From Carcharhinus amblyrhynchos (Eukaryota), in assembly GCA_965287045.1 (NCBI GenBank), contig OZ336876.1, positions 23,870,001 to 23,934,000 of the forward strand: a stretch of DNA of 64,000 nucleotides, written 5' to 3'. Shown one piece after another: positions 55,053 to 64,000 of the stretch. Every line of letters starts with the position of its first letter. Within the stretch, counting starts at the first letter, position 1. Made by a program: the position numbers and the translations under genes. The notes under the pieces were generated by a model. That model was not told where the DNA came from. It did not search any database and saw only the letters and a list, made by a program, of their open reading frames with translations.

Positions 55053-56800
55053 CTGAAAAATTGATGCAGATAAAAAAAATCCAGCGATTACATTCTTTGA
55101 TCTGGGACAATTAAAATGCACATCACACTTCACCCAGATTTACTTTGCAAATAACACATAAACTGAAAACACAGAGACCAACAATTAGCATATGAAACAA
55201 AAAAAAACAACCCCCCTATATTTATGTTGTGCCTTTAATGGAACAAAACATCAAGAGCTAATTCCCAGGAACAAAATTAGACACCGAGCCATATTAGTTG
55301 ATACTGGGTCAGATGGCTGAAGGTCAAGTCAAAGTTATCGGTTTTCAGGAACATGTTAAAACAAGTCCTATTCCCAACCTTTTCCCTTCTATCCAGCAGC
55401 AATCTGTACATTCAGTTGACACCAGTGCTCATGTTTTTCCTTTGTTCAAATAAATTTCTATTTCAATACAAGCACAACAAAACGATTTCTCCCGCAGGTG
55501 AGTACAGCTGCACATTGTTTTTTTTTATGTCTAATTAGCATGAGATCGAGGCAACTTCTGGCTACCACTGTATTCCCTCAAGTCACAATACGAGTGGTTG
55601 GTATGCATTTACAATGTTCAAGAGGATAGGCATGGAGTTTTAAATTAGGCCTGTAAAGTTGAGGAGATGGTTGGGGGCTTGAGATCAGGCAACAGCCAGA
55701 TGGCCATTTCCATTACCTGGGAAGGGAAAAAGAACAAAAGGCCTTTCTGAACAGCCAGATTAAGCTGCAGATGTATAAAAGTATCAGTGAGGTATGGTGT
55801 GCAGTCAGCAAACCATACTTGTTCTAACAAGGATTATTTTCTGTCCCCTACCATGGTGCGTATTGCAGTGCTGGAGATGGCCTGCAGCTTATCAGCGGCA
55901 GGATCTTGCGGTTCTGTGGTTGTCAACTGGCCCTCACAATGATCACACCCCACACTGCTGGGAACCCACAGTGCAGTGGAGCAGGGCACCATTGACGGTA
56001 ATGGAAAATTCTGTGGGTGGGAACTGCTGGAAAATCCCACAGTCTCATGGCAGGTCACACTGACACAAAAGTGACAAAGAAGTTCTGTTCCTTGACTTTG
56101 TAATATTAGGAAAGTAAAGACAGGGTATCCATTTACTCTCAACATTAAAATAGATGCCCAGCTAGAAAAAGTTATCATGGAAAGAGAAAGAAGCTTTTGC
56201 ACTTCATCTTACCAGTTTTGTACTCTCCCGAACCTGGAAATTATTGTGACAATGTGAAATTGGGTGTTTCACCACAGCCAAGCCTGCTTGGCTTTACTGT
56301 TTACAAATATTTCATGTCTACTGAACTTTTCTAATAGCTTAGTTTTTTTCTGTGTCGGTCACTGAGCTTCAACTCATCCACTGACACGGCAAACATTTAA
56401 ACTTCATATCACAACTTGAAATGAGTTAAAGGGAGCGAATAAAATGGACAAGTCTTGTGACAAAATGCAATTGAGTTGAAAATAAATATTCATTTTGCAG
56501 TGTTATATAAGCCTTACTTGTGACTAATAAATAAACTTTATAAATATGATGCTCCTGTGTAGCTTTTATGAACACTTTTGTTTTCTCATCTCTTCTGGAA
56601 GCCATTGATCTGTTCTGGGGTATGGTTCCACAGGCACTAGATGCCCTTTGGTATCTCTCTCAAGTGCTGAGTCTTTGGTGAGTTTAGAAAGAGTGCAGTA
56701 AGACCTTGGGGAGAAATCTGAGCTGTGCTCAATCTTTTTTTTCACTCTAAAATAGCTGAGACACCCACACTTTGCAGCAAGCACAAGTAGGTAGCTGTCA

Positions 56801-57283
56801 GGAGCAGAAACATCCACTCCTATGTATTATACTCGCCCCCACCCATGACACATCCCAGTTTAACACAGGGACAAATCCCTTTATTTAAATGGATGAACAT
56901 CTTGTACTTCTCCTCACATAACTCTAAGAGGCTGAAGCTAACTGTAGCTCATTCAATGCTCTGCTAGCTATGATTGTCTAACTCAACACAGGCCAGGAAT
57001 TGAATCTGAGTACTCCGGGTAAGGCAAGTTATACACAGACATTTGCTGAGTCCAAATCGTTTTCATCAGAATTAAGAAGATTAAGAGGAGCAAATGATGA
57101 GAGATGCAGATAATGTTGCTGCAAGATTGTTGAGCAACAGGAGAAATGGGTAAAGTAAAGCTTCAAAGCTATGATTAACAAGATGTTCATCCATTTAAAG
57201 AAAAGGGATTTATCCCTGTGTTAATCTGGGATGGGTCATGGGTGGGGGAGAATACAATACATAGGAGTGGATTTTTTGGCTCC
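56801..57283. repeat. ~105-bp inverted repeat pair with ~270-bp spacer
   Basis: 56801-56905 is the reverse complement of 57178-57283 with scattered mismatches. Confidence 0.85.
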
Positions 57284-57440
57284 CGCCAGTGTATTTGAAG
57301 ATGGTGAGCTCATAGAAAAAAAAAATGGTCTTCCCCATCGCTTTTCTGTTTCCCAAATAATGATGTTAGCTTGGCTGTCTTTGAGCTTATTGAGACCTTT
57401 GAGTGGTCCATAAGGCCGCTTGAGGTGCTCCATTCCGCGT

Positions 57441-57861
57441 GGATGGAGCAACAGTCTGGGGCAATGCAGAGATCTCTGCAGATGGAGAAGAATGGAATCA
57501 GAGTCTGCGAGATCAGCACAAACTCTCCTCTGGGAACACTGACACTCACCTGTGTGACTTCCTGGAGACTCACCTCCTGGATGAACAAGTGAAGATGATC
57601 AAGAAGTTCAGAGATCACGTCACCAACATGAAGAGCTTAGAGTCCCTGACTCTATGGTGTGTGTGTCTATGTGTGTGTGTGGTGGGGGGGACTGTGGTGA
57701 AGTAGCTCACAACCTCACCGTGGAGGAGAGTAATTAAACATATTGCAGGGGACAAACTTATCATTTTTGTACAATTGAGAATGATTTATGTTGTGCAAGA
57801 ACATGGGATTTATTGTGAACTGCACTAACTGTAAATAAACTGTTCAACTATCAAAAAATAA
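57441..57861 (+). pseudogene. 5'-truncated processed pseudogene of ferritin (heavy/middle-type subunit)
   Basis: With two frameshifts reads [71 protein letters not shown]; stop 57735-57737, AATAAA 57834-57839, A-rich tail ~57853-57861; GT-rich insertion ~57655-57700. Confidence 0.88.
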
Positions 57862-58353
57862 TCTATGTGCAGAACAGGAAGGTCAAGGCATGGTTGGAAG
57901 CCTGACAGCTTTCACTGCACGGATTGCTACGGAGCAGGGACGTTGCTGTTTTCCCTGAAGCACTAGAGGCAACACCACTCCCTCATCTCCAAAATTGTAA
58001 TGCCCTTCAACTATCCCACGTGGCCTCTCAAACATGGGCCACCAGGTCCTTCACCCAGCCTCACTGGAGTCTCCCAGCTAGGCCTGTGCAAGTTCCAAGT
58101 CTTAGCTTCAAGTCCAGACCACTTCCTCTTCCTCGGAGGCTGCCTGCAGTCCCAGCAGTGAACACTGCTTGATCCTGGTGCTGCAAGGAATAGAGAGCAA
58201 TCTGATTGCGAACCAGAGGTAACCAGATTTTGGGTGGGAGGGCTGGTCACTGACCTTTCGGTTGGGGACATGGGGAACATGACAAACCATAAAATCCAGC
58301 CCATAATATCAGCAACTGAAGATTCTAAGTTTAAAGTTTTTCATTGATTTTAC

Positions 58354-58545
58354 CTATACATGATGGCAAAGGGCTATCCCATACTCTGCGATCTCCACTC
58401 AGGCAGGTCAATGTACTGCTTCCATGCAGGGTATATCCGGGGTTGCAACTGTACAAGATAACGGTATCAGCAAAGTGCCCTCCATCTCGCAACTTGTAGC
58501 CATAATTAGGAATTCCTGGATCCTCGCATTTCATCAGATCAAAGC
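58354..58545 (-). CDS. CSMD1: CSMD1 coding exon (Sushi/CCP domain, ~Sushi7; ~human exon 24)
   Basis: Encodes FDLMKCEDPGIPNYGYKLRDGGHFADTVILYSCNPGYTLHGSSTLTCLSGDRRVWDSPLPSCI; acceptor ctcag|GC, donor G|gtaaa; 192 nt, phase 1-1; four-Cys/Trp sushi pattern. Confidence 0.95.
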
Positions 58546-59732
58546 CTGAGAACAAGAAATTTGTACATTTAGATACTTTCTATTGCACAGTATAGAGGCG
58601 TGCAACAACTAGAGAAAAATCTCAACACAATAGATGCAATCCCCCTGCAACAATAAACCTTGTTTCCTATACCTGAAGTTCTTTCTTATATCTGATACAA
58701 TTTTCAGTTGTAATGCTTTATGAACTATGACATTTGTTTCACGTCATCATCAAAAGTAAGCATCCACATCATTACTATCTGATAGCAATATTTCATAATT
58801 TGCAATTTACAAATGGCACAACATCATTCATGTTTAGAATACACAACTTGCCACTTAATTCACAGATGATTGAAATACTAAATACATTGATGGGTGCACT
58901 GCTTAGAATCAGAGAGTGTGTCAAGGAGCACAGTCACCATGGAGAACATTTCATACATATGTACATGCTACAGAAGGCATTTTATTTCTGTACAACACAC
59001 AATATAACTCATGGATTCTATTCCTCTACAATGGAAGGCAAATGGGGATTAACCTTCAGCAGCAGCAGATGAGCAAAAAAAAAACTGGCTCTACTGCCTG
59101 TTACTCATTCTATCAGATTTTCTATCAAAAGCAATATTAGACGGGGCGGGGGAGTGGGCACAATGCATCACGAAGGCAACACCTTCAGTTTTCTATCCCA
59201 GCTAATGTTGAAAGTGCCCCAACCCCCATGGAAATTAACATAAACATGGTCATGAGATGTATTTGGAAGGCCGCTTGTGAAACTTGTAGAAAACTCAGAA
59301 GTTTAACATAACAGTTAAGTGTGATTGTCTGAATTGAAAGAAACAATACATAGCCAGATTTGAACAATGCCAAGCCACTTACGTCGATAGATACTATGGA
59401 GCAGGGTACTCCAGCTGCTCCTGGCACCACTGCAACATTTCTTAAGATGCCTTTGTTAAAAAATTGACCTGGGTTTCATGGTCAGCAGTGCTCACCATGG
59501 ATCTCAAAGAACCATGGACCGACAAAGAGCTACTGATCATTTGAGGCATGGGTTACCTCTTAACTGAAACCAATTGAAATCTGGCAACAAATTAAGGGGA
59601 TCGACTGATGTAAGCAGCCAATTACATTTAATAATTTTCACAGACAGTAAATTAAGAAGTAAAAAGAATCATTATTTCTCATTGCTAATAAAAATGTTAC
59701 AGGAAGTACACTAAATAGCAGGAAGACGCAGC

Positions 59733-60033
59733 TTAAAGTATATTTATTCGTGTCACAAATAAGATTACATTGATACTGCAATGAAGTTACTGTGAAAATG
59801 CCCTAGTTGCCACACTCCAGCACCTGCTTGGGTAACTGAGGGAGAATTTAGCATGCCAGTGTACTTAACCAGCACATCTTTCAGACTGTGGGAGGAAACC
59901 AGAGCACCTGGAAGAAACCCATGCAGACATGGGGAGAACATGCAAACTCCACACAGGCTGTGATCCAAACTGGGAATTAAAACCAGGTCCCTGGCGCTGT
60001 GAGGCAGCAGTGCTAGCCACTATATCATCGTGC
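59733..60033 (-). mobile_element. HE1-type SINE, full length (tail B)
   Basis: Head ccctggcgctgtgaggcagcagtgctagccac on plus strand; tail tttattcgtgtcacaa..tgcaatgaagttactgtgaaaat. Confidence 0.85.
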
Positions 60034-62164
60034 TCCTATCTAAAGTAGCTAAGGGCTAAGGTAGAAAATTTTATAAAGGTGTTTTGAAAGTGTCATTTAT
60101 TTTAATCATAATGGTGAAATGTGATAGTCTACAAACACAAAATTAAGTTAAAAGGACGAGTGCGATGGTTAAGCTGTGATTATGAACTTGGCACACTGTT
60201 AAATTGCTTCATGCAATCAAGTAATTTTTTTCCAAGGGTTTTACACAGTAAAACAAATAGCATAAAAGGGTAAACTTCAATCAATTTGGCAATTTCATAT
60301 TGGTTGCATTCTGTTTATATGTTTGTGGGAGAGGAGGGGTGAGTGCAGGGACACTCCAGCAGCCCACCCTCTGGAGAAGCTTGGGACCCCTGACGGCAGC
60401 TTCTCGGCTTCCACATTTAACTGCAAAGCTCAGTGATTTCTATCACTTTCAGAGGGGCAATGCAAGTGAAAGCTGATAATGTCATCATAACTGTTGCTGC
60501 AAAATTCAGGCAAAATTACCTTGAGTTGTCAACTACTGAAATATCATGACGAGAGCAGGCTTGTTTCAGTCTTCCCAATCCAATCTCTGCTTGGGGCCTG
60601 AAACAGATATTTAGCCCTCCCATTTATGTATGTAGGGTGTTCAACACTAAGATTAGGTAACCACAGATATCGCTGAAAAATGGCTCAATCCAATATCAGT
60701 TCTCAAGTCTTTCAGGCACCCTTATAATTCAGAATATTGCTCCCAAAGTTGGCCTTCTTGGTCCTATTTTATGACTTTAACATCAATACAACAAAGTCCC
60801 AATTTCTACCCTTTGAATGTTTTTCCAGCCACAGAGGTTTTCTTTTCCCTTTGTGAGTTAAACATCTTTCAGCAATGGAATGGTAAGCACAGACCTTTTA
60901 AGTTGCAAAGTACAGTACAGATGTATCAGAATTGCAGAACTTCCATGACTTTGGAATTGACATATTTTAAAAGAGCATTTTACAATGAGGTATACAAATG
61001 GACTTTGATGAGGGAATATTCAATTTGAATGGAAGAAAGCTTCTGAAGTGGAACCATACTGGCTCCAGCCTAACACCTTGGTTAGGTCAAGATGACGTGG
61101 ACAGAGGAAAACTTTTCAAAAGTGAGCCATGCTGGCTTTGGTTTATCACTACAGCAAGACCAAGAAGACTGAAGAAAACAAAGGGATCTGTCATCTAGCT
61201 GCGGAGATCAACTTCATCCAGCCCTTCATCCAATCCAGGATCAATCAACTGTTCGCAGGTGACTTCAAACATCTGTAATGGAATTGAGCAACCTCCAATT
61301 TTCCATGTCCATTTTAAATCATTTTCACCTGTTATGAAACATATACCTTTTTGCTTATGTATCATACCTAAACTGCTGCTCCTTAGTAAGCTGTTTTAAA
61401 ATCACCTATGACTTCCACCCATTTTTTGGGATCTATGGCTCCCAGCCAGACAAAATCTGACATGCGTCCAACAATTATTGGCCATTAGTTTCCTCAGACA
61501 AGCACCTGTTAAGTTGTTACAACAATGCCGAAAACGTGGCATAAATCCTATATACAAGCACAAACTCGGGTTTTGCCCTACGCTTGACAATGAAATAGAA
61601 GCACAAGAGAGCAAACACCTGTGGCTGAGTTTCCATGTCTAGTATTGGAATGGGAAAAAAAAGTAGGACAGCAAAAGAAAAATGGAACCAGCGGCCTGCA
61701 TGACATTCAATTGCCCTTGTTCCCGACTCTCCTGACTTTGTTGACGGCTGGGTGTGGGGAACAAGATTATCTACCACTGATTAGCCATCTAGAGGTCATG
61801 ATGAAATTCAATAAGAATTTTCCTTCTGACTTTTGAGATCTTTTGGCAGCCACGAGGAACTCCGAGGAAAGCCAACTCCAAACTAGCAGGAACAAGTGTA
61901 GTACGGAAACAGTTTTATTTGACGAAAAGAAAACTGCAAGTTTGAATAAAAACGACTGTTGAGCAGCAATTAAATTTTATGAACCAACATAATATCCTAT
62001 TCCCAGGTCCCAGCTCTCCATTTGAAGATGAAGATCCTCTCTTTTTATGCCATGCACAGATGACAACAAGAGAAATAGCTGCCAATTCAGGCCAGAACCT
62101 TGGTGTCCTGTCTCTATTCCCACACCCCATCAGGGTTTACTAAGATCCTGGTGCATTCATGTAC

Positions 62165-62870
62165 AAACCTTCAAATTAGGAGCAGAGATAGGACACTCAG
62201 CCCCAGGAGCTTGCTTCGCAATTCGATTAGAGCATGGCTGATCTGACTGTAACCTCAGCCCCAAATGCCTGTCTACCCCAGTAACCTTTCACCCTCTTGT
62301 TAATCAAGGAAGAGGGAGGTGATGGCCAAGTGGTATGATCACTATTCATCCAGGAACTCAGCTAATGTTCTGGCAACCCAGGTTCGAATCCCACCATGGC
62401 AGATGATGGAATTTGAATTCAATGAAAAAATATCTGGAATTAAGAATGTACTGATGACCGTGAAACCATTGTCGATTATTGGAAAAACCCATCTGGTTCA
62501 CTGATGTTCTTTAGGGAAGGAAATCTGCCATTCATCCTTGGTTTGGCCTACGTGTGACTCCACAGTCACAGCAATGGGTTGACTCTCAACTGCCCTTCAA
62601 GGGCAACTAGGAATGGACAATATATGCTGGCCAGCCAGTTATGCCTATGTCCCATGAATGAATGTTTCAAAATCTATCTAGTTCTACCTCAAAAATATTC
62701 CACTGCCTTTCGAGGAAGAGATTTCCAAAGACTCAGAACTATCAGAGAAATAAATTCTCCTCATCTCCATCTTAAATGATTTTTAAAACAGTGATGCCCT
62801 AGTTCTAGATTCTCCCACAAGAGGAAACATCTTCTCCACATCCACCCTGTCAACAGCTCTCAGGTTTTAA
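62165..62870 (-). mobile_element. CR1 3' fragment interrupted by a tRNA-SINE
   Basis: Same tail as 48505 copy; CR1 sequence resumes at ~62668 after the SINE. Confidence 0.7.
62313..62664 (+). mobile_element. Second tRNA-derived SINE family, nested in CR1
   Basis: B-box ggttcgaatccc; tail ..cccatgaatgaatg. Confidence 0.8.
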
Positions 62871-63816
62871 CATTTCCATGAATGAAGAGACACAAACAAT
62901 GCACTACATTATCGAGGAGAGTCCCCACGACAGACAGAGTGGCAGACCAATTGTCTTACACTCATCAAGAGAACTGGCTATCAAATGGCTTTAAATTTGC
63001 TAAATAATAATTAAGACTCCAACCCCATGAAATTCTCATACCGTAGAAAGTTGGCAACCAAGGCAGGAATGTGGGCTTAATCAGTTCTACCTCAAGTGGT
63101 AAGCTACCTCATAGCTCCTATAGCTATGCAGAAATGTCTGAGATATGAGTGTTTGTCTGCAAATAGATGGTTCATAGCTCCATCCACAATCATAATGATG
63201 TATGTCAGCTTCAATATCTGAAGTTGTACCGCTGAATCCAAAAGGAATTCTTCAACTTGCATGACACATGAATTTGTGGCATGCACAGACCTGTGCTGGC
63301 GTGTGTGGTAAGACGCATTATAAAAACTATGTTTATGACCTACCCAGTGGTATTCTCCAGATGTGTGCAAAGTTGGAAAGGACATTGCTGGTGGCGTGCC
63401 CTTTCTGTGCAATGTATTGATGATGACATGTTCCATGGAGCAGATGGTCTTACTTGTTCTGTACATAGGTACTGGAAACATTAAACAGAACAGTCTTGCT
63501 CATTGAGATTTACTGTGCGCGGCAGGCTGAATGAGCTCCCTCAGTTTGAGAGAAAGAGGGAGGGGAAATAAACATATGTGCACATGTAAATGATGAAGCT
63601 TTGTGAGGAAAATGTTGAAACTTGCCACCTATATGATCGTGTACCCTCAGCAAATCCTGCTTTTTTTTAACTTTAGAAAGAATTGAGTCAAGTGGCTATG
63701 GCATTCCCTGAATTGGATATGTATCAAACAGGCATGTGATGAGTGCGTGCTAATTTAGTACCTCCCAGGAGACCGACTTTGTGTTACTTTCACAAGTGCT
63801 TCACGTTACTGAATAA

Positions 63817-64000
63817 ATCATAGAATTCCTACAGTGCAGAAGGAGGCCATTTGGCCCATCAAGTCTGCACCGGCCACAATCCCACCCAGGCCTTAATCCC
63901 CTAACCCCCACATATTTATCCTGCTAATCCCTCTGACACTAGAGTGAATTTAGCACGGCCAATCAACTCAACCCGCACATCTTTGGACTACGGAGGAAGC
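63817..64000 (-). mobile_element. HE1-type SINE 3' part, cut by window edge
   Basis: catagaattcctacagtgcagaaggaggccatttggcccatc..ccgcacatctttggact. Confidence 0.85.

Noticed and set aside
57340-57440. Possible inverted 5' half of the ferritin retrocopy
   Set aside because: Reverse-strand translations show no ferritin similarity
63104-63481. 125-aa minus-strand ORF ending at an AG|GT, as a possible upstream CSMD1 exon
   Set aside because: No CUB or sushi similarity; the expected preceding exon (end of a CUB domain) was not found in the window

Overview
This is eukaryotic (vertebrate) DNA. The SINE/LINE content points to a shark or other elasmobranch (inference). The window lies inside a large minus-strand CUB-and-Sushi gene that best matches CSMD1. 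Seven consecutive coding exons (58545 down to 5178; 192/127/203/192/139/188/195 nt) have GT-AG boundaries and compatible phases. They splice into a 1236-nt open frame encoding Sushi-CUB-Sushi-CUB-Sushi, roughly human exons 24-30 from memory. The introns are full of HE1-type tRNA-SINEs, Deu-domain SINEs, CR1, L2 and Rex1/Babar LINE fragments, Harbinger-like MITEs and Penelope-like elements. Most notable are: (i) a young Penelope insertion with TSDs, inverted pseudo-LTRs and two intact minimal hammerhead ribozymes, one in the CSMD1 pre-mRNA sense; (ii) a ferritin processed pseudogene; (iii) a recurring pattern of short segments apparently copied from templates 0.3-7.5 kb away; (iv) SINEs with one head but two different LINE-like tails. 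Nearly all other ORFs in the track are spurious or TE-derived. Repeat family names come from recalled consensus motifs, not a database search, and repeat boundaries are approximate.
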